Shown here: positions 11,247 to 25,162 of the stretch, in pieces | Position numbering within the stretch: position 1 is the stretch's first letter | Layout of the letters: each line of letters begins with the position of its first letter | NCBI RefSeq assembly: GCF_001194135.2 | Contig: NC_069007.1 | Location: forward strand, 12,765,909 to 12,829,908 | Source of the DNA: Octopus bimaculoides | Taxonomy: Eukaryota | DNA length: 64,000 nucleotides | Direction: 5' to 3' | Translations under genes and position numbers: made by a program | Notes under the pieces: generated by a model | Told to the model about the DNA's origin: nothing | Database searches by the model: none | The model's input: the letters and a program-made list of their open reading frames with translations, nothing else

Positions 11247-14200
11247 ACAGGCTTCTTTCAGTTTCTGTCTACTAAATTACTTAATCACTCACAAAGCGTT
11301 GGTTGGCCCAGAGCTATAGTAGAAAACACTTGCCTAAGATGCCATGCAGTGGGACAGAACTAGTGACATGTTTGGGATGCAAGCTTCTTAAAAACCACAC
11401 AGCTATGCTCACACCTGACATAGAATCGGTAGATGATATAAACATGGTGATAAAAACTGGTAAACCAGTGTTTTCATACAAGAACACCCTGTATGGTATA
11501 TGTTCAACCTATGAGTCAGAGACACTCCCTTGTTATTCAATTGGTGATTTAGTGACACAGGAAGCCTTCAATGACCAAGGATGTTGTTCCCAAACTACAC
11601 AATAATAATTCAATAAAAACTTTAATAACTGTGCTGTCCCAGATATGCGAATAAAGAAAGGAAGAATGAAAGGGGACTCACCTGTAAAAAAGAACATAGG
11701 CACTGGAACTAAGAACTTGTTGAAAGTCCACCTCTGTGACATATTGGTCATCAAACTCATACCATTGCTCATTTACATAATTCAGACAATATGCTGTATA
11801 ATGGCCTCCTGGCAGAGAGAGAGAGGATGAGAGGAGATATGAGAAACGTCTTATAGTATATTCTGTCTGAAGTGAATTAGTTATTAATTACCTCCCTTCT
11901 ATACCCAGTTGCACCAGAGAAAATTTAGGAGAGAGGTAGGTAGCTGGTATGAAGGTAGAGAAAGACAGTTAAGTGGAAAGACAAACAGGTAGATGGAGAG
12001 ACAGATTAGGTAAGTAGGTTGAGAGGTAAAGAGACTGACTGACATACAAACAGGTAGACAGAGAGAGAGAGACACGCACAGCTAGATAAGGGAAGGAGAA
12101 ATATGGATAGATAGAGAGCAAGAGAGGCAGGTAGAGAGATGGATAGGTGAGTGGAAAGAGAGACGGGCAGGTGAAGAGATGGACAGGTGAGTGGAAAAAC
12201 AAACAGGCAGATGGAGAGATGGACAGGTGAGTGAAAAGACAGACAGGTACATGGAGAGATGGACAGGTGAATGGAAAAACAAACAGGCACATGGAGAGAT
12301 GGACAAGTGATTGGAAAGACGACAGGCAGATGGAGAGAGGTAGATAGCTAATCTGACAGAATTGTAGGTAGACAAAAAGTTACTGTTCACCCAAACGTTA
12401 GGATAAAATTTTCAGAGAATGACAAATTCCAGCACACAAACACACACACACACGTTATCACAAAATTATATTACCCGATCTCTTTGTTCTTACCTCCGGC
12501 AGTTCCATGGTGACATATCACAGACATTAGATCATACGACGTGACTTCATCTTGACAATCTGGAAAGGCATGAAATATAAATAAATTTCATTTCAATTTA
12601 AAATATATCTGTTGATGTTGAAAGTTAGACATTTTGCTTGGTTTGATAGTAAGCAGCTTAAAACACGACCGCTCTGTCACTTACGACAATGAGGGTTCAA
12701 GCTGATCCAATCAACAGAACAGCCTGCTTGTGAAATTAACATGTAAAGTGGTTGAGAACTACATTAAGGGTACATGGACACATGTTCCCTTAATATCATT
12801 CTCAGGAAGATTCAGTATGACACTATGACATGGCTGTTCCCTTTGAATTACTGGTACAACTAATTTTTGCCAGCAGAGTGAACTGGGGCAACATGAAATT
12901 AAGTGTCTTGCTCAAGGACACACTGTGCCACCGAGTACTGAACTTACAACCTTACGATTGTGAGCCAGATACCCAAACCACTAAGCCACTTGCCTTCAGT
13001 GAACAGTAAGTTCATTCCTGATCTTTCTCTCACTCTCTGGACGGGTAACCTTGTACTTCCTCTACAGCAAGACACCTGTTTCTATCTTTCTGTCTCACTA
13101 TAAACTTTTTTTTTATCTTCCAAATACTTGGTGACCCTGTCAGTGTAGGTGCTACATAAAAGCACTAAGTCCACTCTGCTGAGTGGCTGGTATTAGGAAG
13201 GACATTCAGCTGTAAAAACCAACTGACTTCGATTGTGCTTGTGTCATGTAAAAAACACTAAGTCCACTCTGCTGAGTGGCTGGTTTTAGGAAGGGAATCC
13301 AGCTCTAAAAACCTTGCCAAAACTGACCTCGCCTGTGCTTGTGTCACATAAATAGCACTAAGACCACTCTGCTGAGGACATCCAGCTGTAAAAATCCTGA
13401 CAAAGCAGTCACAGAATTCTGGTGCAGGCTTCTGTCTGGCTGGCTCTTGTGAAACCATCCCACCCATGCTAGCATGGAAAGCAGACGTTAAACAATGATG
13501 ATGATATGAACTGGTATGACCATGTGATTAAGAAGTTTGTTTCACAACTGTAGGGATCCAGGTTTGATCCCACATTCACAGCACCTTGGATATATGCATC
13601 ATCTATTGTAGCCTTGTGTTGACTAATGCCCTGCGAGTGAAATTTATAAAAGTATTGTTTAATTAGAAACACCATTGCTTACCTTTATAACAGTATAACT
13701 GAATGCTACATTATTTAATAAATTACCTGCAATACTTACCTTTATGAAGATATGGTTTCATGTTTAAACCTTCCAGCGGAAAAGAGACATATGTGTTAAT
13801 CTTTGAAGAGTAAAATTCATGTCGGAATCTCTTCAAGTGAATACACAGGATCTGAGGAAAGAGAGGGAGAGGGGGGAAAATCAAAAAGACAAAGAAATAG
13901 AAATAAATAAACAATCTCCAAAAAACATTTAACCCTTTAGCACTCAGATTGCTCTAACAAATATAATGCTTATCTAGACACATTGTTCTGAATTTATCAT
14001 GCATTATTTCACTGCTTCGAGATTTCTCTAATGTGATAAGTTTATTTTTAGAATGACATTGTAGGAAAGGTGCGAGAGGCTGGATGTGGCCAATCTGAGC
14101 ATAAAAACAGAATATTTTGGCTGGATATTGCCAGATTAAATGCCAAAGGGATTTATTATGTACAGGATTGCTGTTTGGTCTCCGGTCAACCCAAAGATCA

Positions 14201-17200
14201 AGTTGTTCCAGCTGTGACCATCCCATCTTAAAGAGATGAGATTTAGTAAAATATTATTTTATGTGCCCTTATTTGTTTAAGAAAGGTGTGATTTGAGGGA
14301 AATTTGGTTGCTATTTCCAGCAGGTTGAGCATCTGAACAATAAGTATTCAGGTGTTCAATCAATAAAATTACTGACTTGTTAAATAAACATATAAATGAC
14401 TGAGTATTCCATAGATACCCAAGTACTCAATGAAAATCAGACTGATCCAGGGGACATTTGAGTCAAAGATACACTCTATCCGACAGGCTACCTCACGGTT
14501 TTTGGCTCCTCAATTTTATTCACAAGGATATAATATAAAAAAGACTGGCCCAAGGTACCACATAGTGAAACTGAACTTGGGACCTGGTGACTGTGAAGCA
14601 GTAAATTTGGGCCTGCATCTAGCTTCTGCATAGAGGCTCCCTCATTATCTACAGTTATAGAGAATACTAGCAGTATAGCCCGGCTTTGCCCGGGATTAAG
14701 TTGGGATTATTAAGCTAATCAAGTTCTTTATTTCAAACCAAACTAAGTAACATGACGTCAAATTTGGGCAGAATCAGTGTTGCAACTGGAGTGCATGGGT
14801 TGAGAGTTTGATCGGCAGAGGTGATCAGGTTACACATGCCATCCCTTTGAAAACACCACCGCCATCATCTAACCCCTCTTTGCTCATGGGTTAGGAACCC
14901 TTCCAGCAAGGAAAATAGAATGACCAAAAGGGCTCCCGATTCTCTGTGTCAAAAGCGGTTCTGTTCAGATATGAGAACACGGATGTTACGAAAGTAAAAC
15001 GTTAATGTTCGAAACTGCAGCAGGCCATAGATAATTCTTTANNNNNNNNNNNNNNNNNNNNNNNNNNNNNNNNNNNNNNNNNNNNNNNNNNNNNNNNNNN
15101 NNNNNNNNNNNNNNNNNNNNNNNNNNNNNNNNNNNNNNNNNNNNNNNNNNNNNNNNNNNNNNNNNNNNNNNNNNNNNNNNNNNNNNNNNNNNNNNNNNNN
15201 NNNNNNNNNNNNNNNNNNNNNNNNNNNNNNNNNNNNNNNNNNNNNNNNNNNNNNNNNNNNNNNNNNNNNNNNNNNNNNNNNNNNNNNNNNNNNNNNNNNN
15301 NNNNNNNNNNNNNNNNNNNNNNNNNNNNNNNNNNNNNNNNNNNNNNNNNNNNNNNNNNNNNNNNNNNNNNNNNNNNNNNNNNNNNNNNNNNNNNNNNNNN
15401 NNNNNNNNNNNNNNNNNNNNNNNNNNNNNNNNNNNNNNNNNNNNNNNNNNNNNNNNNNNNNNNNNNNNNNNNNNNNNNNNNNNNNNNNNNNNNNNNNNNN
15501 NNNNNNNNNNNNNNNNNNNNNNNNNNNNNNNNNNNNNNNNNNNNNNNNNNNNNNNNNNNNNNNNNNNNNNNNNNNNNNNNNNNNNNNNNNNNNNNNNNNN
15601 NNNNNNNNNNNNNNNNNNNNNNNNNNNNNNNNNNNNNNNNNNNNNNNNNNNNNNNNNNNNNNNNNNNNNNNNNNNNNNNNNNNNNNNNNNNNNNNNNNNN
15701 NNNNNNNNNNNNNNNNNNNNNNNNNNNNNNNNNNNNNNNNNNNNNNNNNNNNNNNNNNNNNNNNNNNNNNNNNNNNNNNNNNNNNNNNNNNNNNNNNNNN
15801 NNNNNNNNNNNNNNNNNNNNNNNNNNNNNNNNNNNNNNNNNNNNNNNNNNNNNNNNNNNNNNNNNNNNNNNNNNNNNNNNNNNNNNNNNNNNNNNNNNNN
15901 NNNNNNNNNNNNNNNNNNNNNNNNNNNNNNNNNNNNNNNNTGCCTACCACACAGACGCTGGCAAATAAAATGTATGCCTCCTTCACCCTCCCTCTCACAA
16001 ATATACAATTTCTCTCTCTCTCTCTCTCTCTCTCGCCTTCATGCGCATATGTACAGATTTGACTTCGCCATGTCAACAAACTTCAAAATTGGCAAAAGTT
16101 TGATTTTTACAGGTATACGCGGGTACCTCTGAGAGAGAAAGTTCACTAAAATGCACATAGGGTCATTCCGAATCTTCTAAAATTGGAGCGACATGTGTGC
16201 TAATTTGTAGACGTGCATAAACCACATTCACGTACACACACACACAAACATCCTCTGTTTTATAGATATTGATGGTTACAGTGATGGACTCCATATCAAC
16301 ATGGACTGAGCACGCAGTTATGGCCTGTAGCTAACAGAACAGCAGTGATGCAGTGATCCATTAACCTTTTAGCATTCAGATTTCTCTGTTTAATATATTC
16401 ATCATCATCATCATTTAACGTCTGTTGTCCATGCTGGCATGGGTTGCACAGTTTGACCAGGGCTGGCAAGCAGGAAAGCTGCACCAGACTCCAGTCTGAT
16501 TTGGCATGGTTTCTACAGCTGGGCGCCCTTCCTAACGCCAACCACTGAGTGTAATGGGTGCTTTCATGTGCCACCAGTATCTGCCACAACTGCGATTTTA
16601 CTTGGCTTAATCGGTCTTCTGCCAAAGGTCTCGGTCATTTGTCATTGCCTCCATGAAGCCCAACACTCGAAAGGTGCTTTTTACATGGCACCGGCATGGG
16701 TACCAGTTACAAGACATCAGCATCAGCCATGACTATGACCTCACTTGGCTAGACGGGGCTTCTCAAGCATGGTTTTGAATTAAGTGGGTCATCTTGCAGC
16801 GTTGAGATTTCTATGATGTAACTGTTTATTTTCAGAATGACATTGTAGGGTAGGTGTGAGAGGTTGGAGCAGGCCACTTTGAACATGAAACAGGCAGAAT
16901 ATTTGGGCCAGATATGGCTAGTTTAAATGCTAAAGGGTTAAGTAATCAAGATATACCATGCTTCACTGAGAACAATACTGCACACCAACATGTAAGGGGT
17001 TAGGTAGAACTAATGAGGGTACCTCAACTAGGTCACTCAACTTGCTAGAAATAGAAGCCAAACACATACCATCATCCGAACAAAACGAACTGGATACATT
17101 GAATAACAATGTAACAAAATTTTAATTTGCTTGTTGTCTTTGGTCAATAAGTGTTATTTCCAATTTGCTTCAATCTAGAAATCAAAAGGAAATGGCTACT

Positions 17201-19196
17201 ATTCCCTTGAAACTCTGCTTTTGTCACCTGAACATCTATGTTTTCAAACTGACCTATTTTCCATTACATTTCAAAGATTCAGTGCTGAGTTGCTAAAGCA
17301 GAAATATCGTTATAGCAAATATTCTGCTCAATACCACAGATTTGCTTGTTAGTTGTTTGAGCATGTCCCTCAGTGGCTGACAATATGGGCATATCTGAAT
17401 ATGAGCAGGAGTAGTGGGGGGGAAGCATCATAGCCATATGTTGAGAGGGATTCTTTGGGGTTTGAATAAATGTAACAAAAGCAACGTTTGAAGGAAATAT
17501 TAGCCATTATTCATACTTTGTAAAGGTAAGTAAATAGGAAATAACAGTTGCTACCCTAGGACAAAAGTCATGTTATACAGTACAATGCAATCCTAGATAC
17601 ATAATCACTGCATTGACCAGACTGTCAGATTTTGTTATACATTACTGGTCACAATGTGCTTCCATAGTTTTCTGGCTTCTGCCATTCTTTTCCATCTTGG
17701 CCCAAATTGATTTACTAAACTGTCTTTCCATCATCATGGAAGCCTTCCAAGTGGATATCACTTTTTTGATCTCTTGGATATCACTTGGCAACTGTACAAA
17801 TCCACCTGTAATTAGTGAACCTTGTACTCGTATGTCCAGCCCAGTAGAACCCGTGCTTTTGGTATCCTGCAATCATCTTATTCACTCTGCTCTGTTCTTC
17901 AATTCATTTTGGATATGGAATCTGAAAACTTAGCACAGAGCCAAATAAAGGTGGGAAACAATGAAATCAAAAAGGTAAAGAAACAGGTCTACTTGATGCA
18001 CACAGTGAATATGCTCCGAGACGGGGAAGAGTGAAATCTTGAGGAGAACAAGGGCTGGATGGAAATGCATTCACTTCAATAAAAAAAAATGTGCTCAAAA
18101 CAAAGCTGGACTAGACTCCGATATATTTTGTCTCTTCAATAGTAACAGCCTACCTCTGCTCTTATATGCAGGTTAGTTGTGAGGTACTACATGGAGAAAA
18201 GAACATTGATTGGCTACAACGCAATGGGCCATGGAAAGATTCATCCTAACTACATTGTACTTGGAAAAAAAAAAAGGATGGTCATGGCTGGAATGTCTAT
18301 GATTCTTGGTCTACATGGTCAGGGTGACCATACACACATGCAGGTATTTTCACACACACACAGGTACGTGCATACATACATGCACGCACACACACACACA
18401 CCTGCACACACACACATGCACACAGGTATGGAGATGAGGGTATAAACTGAATCTAAAGAGTGCATACCTCTGGTAACCTAAGAACTTTTGAATATTTCAT
18501 ACCATTCCTCAACCTGAGATAAAGAAAAAAATGGAAAGAAAAAAAAAACTTTATTTAAACAGACAAGAGAGAAAAGGATGAATGTAGTTAACATAAATGC
18601 TGGCAAGAGAAAGTAGGGTCTCTACTGAAAGTTCAAACACATGAAATATTTTGTGTGATTGATGAGGTGAAGGGATCAAACCTACACAGAACACATTCAA
18701 TATCCAGGCACCAACAGATAACAGAACCCACCAAAATTTTCAACTAGCAAAAATATATTAGAAATGTTCTTCAATCAACATTTCTGATAGTCATGAAATA
18801 CAGAATCAGCTTTATTAGTTTCACATTTAACATGTTGTCTGAGGAATGCGTTTGACAGGTTGTTACCTGTTGCATTTGGGTGAGTGATTTTAATTTGTAA
18901 ACTGATTTAACCAACCTTTCAAGAGGAGTATAAAGTTGGTCATCATCATCATCTTCATTTTCCCCATGCTGGCATGGTTGTCTGTGTAGTCAAGAAGCTT
19001 GTTTCCCAACCACATGGTTTCAGGTTCAGTCCCACTGTGTGGCACCTTGGGCAGGTGTCTTCTACTATAGCTTCAGGCCATCCAAAGCCTTGTGAGTGGA
19101 TTTGATACATGGAAATTATAAGAAGCCCATCAGGTGTGTGTTTGTGTGTGTGCACGAGAGAATGTGTGTGAGAGCATGTGTGTGTGCAAGAGTGTG

Positions 19197-19228
<32 letters not shown>

Positions 19229-19247
19229 CAAGAGCATGAGGGTGTAT

Positions 19248-19292
<45 letters not shown>

Positions 19293-19294
19293 CA

Positions 19295-19332
<38 letters not shown>

Positions 19333-22300
19333 AGAGAGAGCACAAGTGAGTGTGTGTGTGAGAGAGAGAGCACAAGTGAGTGTGTGTAATGCTCAGCCAC
19401 TTCTACGTTAATTTCACGAGCAGACTGTTCAGTTGATCGGGTTAACTGGAACCCTTGCCATGCATATATATATATATGGTGAGGCTGTGCAGCAAGGAGT
19501 TTGCTTCGCAACCACATGGCTTTGAATTCGGTCCCAGTGTGTAGTACTTTGGCAAAGTGTGTATAACTGTCCCACCAACTAACAACACACACACACACCT
19601 TGTGTATGTGTGTTCGATTTTCTGTGTGTGTGTGTGTGTGTGTTTATGTCCCCCCACCACCACTTGACAACCAGTGTGGTGCATTTACGTTGTAGTAACT
19701 TAGCAGTTGGACAAAAGAGACTGGTGGAATAAGTTCCAGGCTTTACAAAATTAATGAGTACTGGGTTTGAGTCTTTAAGATGGTGCTCCAGCATGGTCGC
19801 AGTCTAATGACTGAAACATGTCAAAAATAAAAGATAAGGCACTTTCAAAAAGTGCCGTGCAGTAGGATGGAACCGAAAACACCATGGTTGCAGAGTGAAT
19901 TCACTACCCCATAACCATGCTTACAGCTAGGATGCACGCATGTTAACAACCTAGTGACAGCAACCTCTGGATAGAGGGCTGCTCTTGTTATTTTTCTCCT
20001 CCTCTCACTCCAAAACCTACAATATCTTTTCTACTCTAAGCACAAGGCCTGAAATTTTGGGGGAGGGGAGGCAGTCGATTAGAATGACCCCAGTATGCAA
20101 CTGGTACTTAATTTATCAACCCTGAAAGGATGTTGAACTCAGAACATAAAGACGGACGAAATACCACCAAAACCTACAATATCTAAACCATCTTCAAAGA
20201 AGCTCAACCTCAACTCTTTATTNNNNNNNNNNNNNNNNNNNNNNNNNNNNNNNNNNNNNNNNNNNNNNNNNNNNNNNNNNNNNNNNNNNNNNNNNNNNNN
20301 NNNNNNNNNNNNNNNNNNNNNNNNNNNNNNNNNNNNNNNNNNNNNNNNNNNNNNNNNNAATGGTTAGCAAAAAGATTACTGTTGGGAAAAAGGCATATAG
20401 AAATATCATCATCATTTAACATCCACCTTCCAGACTAGCACAAGTTGGATGGTTTAACAGGAGCTGGCCAGGTAGAAGCCTGCACCAGACTCCAGTGTCT
20501 GTTTTGGCAGGGTTTTTACAGATGAATGCCCTTCCTAACACCAACCACCCAATGGAGTGGACAGTGCTTTTTACATGGCACAAACACAGACGAGGTCAGT
20601 TTTGGCATGGGTTTTACAGCTAGATGCCCTTCCAAATGCCAACCACTTTACAGTGTGGACTGGATGCTTTTTACATTGCACCAGTACTGGCTGGGTCACT
20701 AAGTAACTTGCAAGACAAAGATCCTTTGAGAGTGGGGGGAGGACATTGGAGGGGGTGATCTTGTGTCAGATAATGAAAGGCGAACAGAGACTATCAAAAT
20801 AAAATATTTTGTCATCGTTTTAATGTCTACTTTTCTATGCTTGCATGGGTGAGAAGAGTAATTGAAGCAGATTTTCTATAACTGAAGGCTCTTCCTATCA
20901 CCAACTCACACCTGTTTACAAATAAGGTGAGATTTCTCTACAGTTGGACAAATGTTCATAGAAGACTGAACAAATGAAACCTGCCTGTATGATGGTGATA
21001 CTCATATGAGTTTGTGTGTGTGTGTGTGTGCGCGATCACCATCATTATTTAATGTCCATTTTCCATGCTGGCATGGGTTGGACAGCTTGACAGGAACTGG
21101 CAAGACCAGGGGCCCAACACCAAGTTCCATAGTCTGATTTGGCATGGTTTCTATGGCTGGATGCCCTTCCTAATGCCAACCACTTTACAAAGTGTACTGA
21201 GTGCTTTTTACAGTGTGTGTATGTGTGTGTGTATAATGGGCTTCTTTCAGTTTCCCTCTACTGCAGAGTAGAAGACACATGCTGTAGCACCTACTTTTAA
21301 GGATGATCATAATAAAATATCTAAATATTAATGAGTGATGACACTTAGGGTGAGAGAACATTTGTTTAAATTAATCCCCAGTATTTATATTATTTAGTAT
21401 TAGGGCGGGGTAGAGGGGATACTTAATCGATTATATAAAGCTCCGTACTCAGCTGGTACTTATTTTATCGTCCTGAAAGGATGAAAAGCAGAATCGACCT
21501 CAGCCAAATTTGAACTCTGAATGTAAAGACCCAGAAATGCTGCTAAGTATTTTGTCCAGCATGCTAATGATTCTGCCAGCTCGCTGCCTTAATAATAATA
21601 GTAATCATAATCCTTTCTACTATGGGCAAAAAGCCTGTAATTTTGGGGGAGGGGACAAGTCAATTGCATCAACCCCAGTGTTTCATTGGTACTTAATTCA
21701 TCCACCCCGAAAGGATGAAAGTCAAAGGAATTTGAATTCACAATGTAATACTGCTAAGCATTTCGCCCAGTATGGTAACGACTCTGCCAGCTCACCACCT
21801 TCAATAATAATAATCCTTTCTACTATAGGCATAAGGCCTGAAATTTTGGGGGAGGGGACCAGCCAGTTTACATTAAATCCAGTGTTTCACTGGTATTTGA
21901 TTTATCAACCCCGAAAGAATGAAAAGCAAAGTTGGCCCCAGCAGCATTTGAACTCAGAACGTCAAGACAGGCGAAATACCGCTTAAGCATTTTGCCCGGC
22001 ATGCTAACGATTCTGCCAGCTCACCGACTTCAATAATAATAATAAATAGAAAATATTTGTAAAATGATAGAAAATTTTACATACTTTTTACATTTGTCAC
22101 AGCTGTACATGTTGTCACCTTTTAGTTCGTCAGCAGAGAAAAACGCAGAAAGACAGTCTTGTAATGTTATAGTTGGACCCATAATCCAGCTGATAAATTA
22201 AGAATAAAATAAAATATAATAAACAGAAAAGCAAAAAAATTTTAAAAACTTAATAAACTTCAAAAAATTTAATAAACTGATAAATTTTAATTAACAATGC

Positions 22301-24115
22301 ACTCCTGCATGTGCTGGTTGGTTATTTGACTTCTTGTATGCATGCAAGACATGAATCTTCAACCCTCACTGCAGGGATAGATACCCCATCTTGGGACTTG
22401 GACCACATCACAAACATGCAGGTCTGTGAAATCGTGCAGTATTACATTAAGGCCCACAATGGTAACGAAAAAGACATTATGGCCATGTAATGAGATCCAG
22501 AGACCTTGTAAAGATCATTGTTTAAGGAACTGTGGAGGACAGAGGAAAAGATAGATGGGCAACACACAGGAACGAACAAGGAAATAAATTGGCACTCCAT
22601 TGATTATAAGGGATCCAGTTGATCTGATCAATGGAACAGTCTGCTTGTAAAATTAACACGCAAGTGGCTGAGCACTCCACAGACACACGTACCCATAACA
22701 AAGTTCTCAGGGAGATTCAGCATGATACAATGTGACAAGGCTGGCCCATTGTAATACAGGGACAATTCATTTTTGTCAGTTGAGTGAACTGGAGCAATGT
22801 GAAATAAAACATCTTGCTCAAGGACACAAATGCACCACCAGGAATCGAACTCACAACCTCTCGATCACGAGTCAAATACCCAAACCACCTTCACTAACAA
22901 GGAAATAAACCATTTGCAGAAAAAGGAGCTGGTGCACAACAACGCTGCTATGACATCAGCTATAGTTGCGAGCTGAAGACACAGGAAACTTTTTGGTACT
23001 ATTAATCCCGTACTTAGGAATGAAAATAACCTTTTTCTACACTTTGGAATGGAAATATTGGTCTTCAATCTAGGTATTTTATTCCTCCTTGGATGCATGC
23101 CTAGTCTCTGAGAACCAGGGATACCTGTTTTTTCTTACCTAGACATAAATAATAACATTCTTAGTCACTAGGTCACTAATACAATTAAGTTAATAGTTCT
23201 CTGGAATTTATTATCCTATTAATAGGTTAGATATATATTTGGGCAAAAATTGATTAAAAAAAAAACTTCAGGCAAGCCCCATCCACCAAAAAAAAAAAAA
23301 AAAACCCTACAAATATTATTATATTATTATCATTTAATGAACACAGAATAGAGATATGAGCAACTAATAGCTTCTTGCTTTGGAGACATGGGCATCAGCA
23401 TGCCTTGTGTCTCCAAGCAATCTTCAGGCTTGGAGACACAATATTATTATATACCATTACATTATACACTATATATATTATTGTATACTGTTAATTCAGG
23501 AAATACAATGTTGTCTCAACTCCACTTTAGAATCGTTTCTTTACCTGTTTCCTATAACCCCAACCCCGCCTTCATCAAATTAATCATCTTGATTCTTTCC
23601 CTTTATTTGTTCACCATTCAGATATTTTCTCTTATAAAAGTTTAGTCTTTACACTATTTACATAATATTAACATTAGTAATTTAATATTAACACCCTAGT
23701 ACACAACACAGTTTATTGCATAACATTAACAATCCTATATTAATTTGACAACTTCAAGGACAATAAATCAACTAAAAATCAGCTAAAATAAAAAATTCTA
23801 ATCTGAAAATGATTTTATCCTGTTTAAGAATTATGGCTTTAGAATATAAAAATTTCTAGCACAGATCCAATGTCACAGTAAAATATATACCCTTTTTAAA
23901 GATTATTTAGAATTAATCAAGGGCTTACTGAAAAAGAACAAACTTCAGCAAGGAGGTAAAACTGTAGAAATCAATGAACACAAAATGAAATAAGCAGAAC
24001 AGGAGGAGATACGTGGGATGGAGAGTTGCTGAAGAGGTCACAGGATGTGTCACAAAAGAACTTTGACAAAAAGTAAAACAACAATAATAAAGCTGAAGTG
24101 AAGACCAAATATATA

Positions 24116-24151
<36 letters not shown>

Positions 24152-25110
24152 AATTGGCAAAACATGACCATCCCTAAGTTTAACAATACAAACAATAAAA
24201 CTTACTGTGTATTAGTCGGTCTGGTGACCTCATGTTGATTGTTACTTTCATTACATTTCAGCTGCATACACTCCAGCTTTCTTCAGGTGTCTTATGACTC
24301 ACTCTATTACTTTGCCTGGGATTGAAATCGAAACCTCTAGATAACTGCACTGCATTAACTAGCACCTTTACCCACTATGCCGGGGTGCACACAGCCGAAA
24401 TGTAGTGAAAAGCTGAAACGCAATGACCAAGATCTTCATTGTTGCTTTCCCAATGCTCCAGCTTTCTTCAGGTGCCATTGTGATTCACCTTACTGTCTTG
24501 CTTGGGATTGAAATCAGCACTCTTTGGTGACCGCACTGTATGAACTAGCACCTAACTCCACTATGCTGGAGTGTACACAGCCAAAACATAGTGGAAGGCA
24601 ATGACCAAGATGAGGACACCAGTCTGACGAATACATAATAAAAAATTCCTCATCTGAGAAATCCTGAATTGCAATAAAACTTACCTTTTGAGCCACATCA
24701 ATATCGTAGCCACCCAACCTTGGTTTACTTCTCCACAAGCCCCACCTTTGGTGTTTGAACTTTGGTTGGCATGCAACATAAGTAAATGATCTTTACTGGG
24801 AATTGGCAGTGATAAGTCTTGAAATGTTTCTTTTGTCGTAGAAATCTGAGAAAAAAAAAAAGATCAGTAACAACAAAAACAATAATAATAATAATAATCC
24901 TTTCTACTATAGGCACAAGGACTGAAATTTGTGGGGAGGAGAACAGTCAGTCACATCGACCCCAGTACTCAAATGGTACTTCGTTTACCAACCCCGAAAA
25001 GATGAAAGGCAAAATCAAGCTTGGCAGAATTTGAACTCAGAATGTAGCGGCAGACTAAATACCGCTAAACATTTTACCCGGCGTGCTAATGATTCTGCCA
25101 GCTCACTGCC

Positions 25111-25162
<52 letters not shown>

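Noticed and set aside
13150-13400. Triplicated TAAAAGCACTAAGTCCACTCTGCTGAG unit as a novel tandem repeat
   Set aside because: The same internal repetition occurs in other older RTE-tail copies (~8730-9130, ~20420-20700, ~32100-32380), so it is a family trait.
14986-16079. Long ORFs of 340-346 aa (also 4647-5177, 7068-7821, 38378-38942, 43323-43985)
   Set aside because: Artefacts of translation through N gaps; only the USP20 exon and Tigger fragments inside them are real.
17642-17872. 76-aa minus-strand ORF as a nested gene
   Set aside because: No recognisable motif or splice structure; possibly a decayed repeat ORF.
19116-19598. His/Thr-rich ORFs (and YIYIYI-type ORFs elsewhere)
   Set aside because: Translations of (CA)n and (TA)n microsatellites.
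24720-24800. Apparent frameshift in USP20 exon 10
   Set aside because: On re-reading, the frame is open ([26 protein letters not shown]); 161 nt fits the neighbouring phases.
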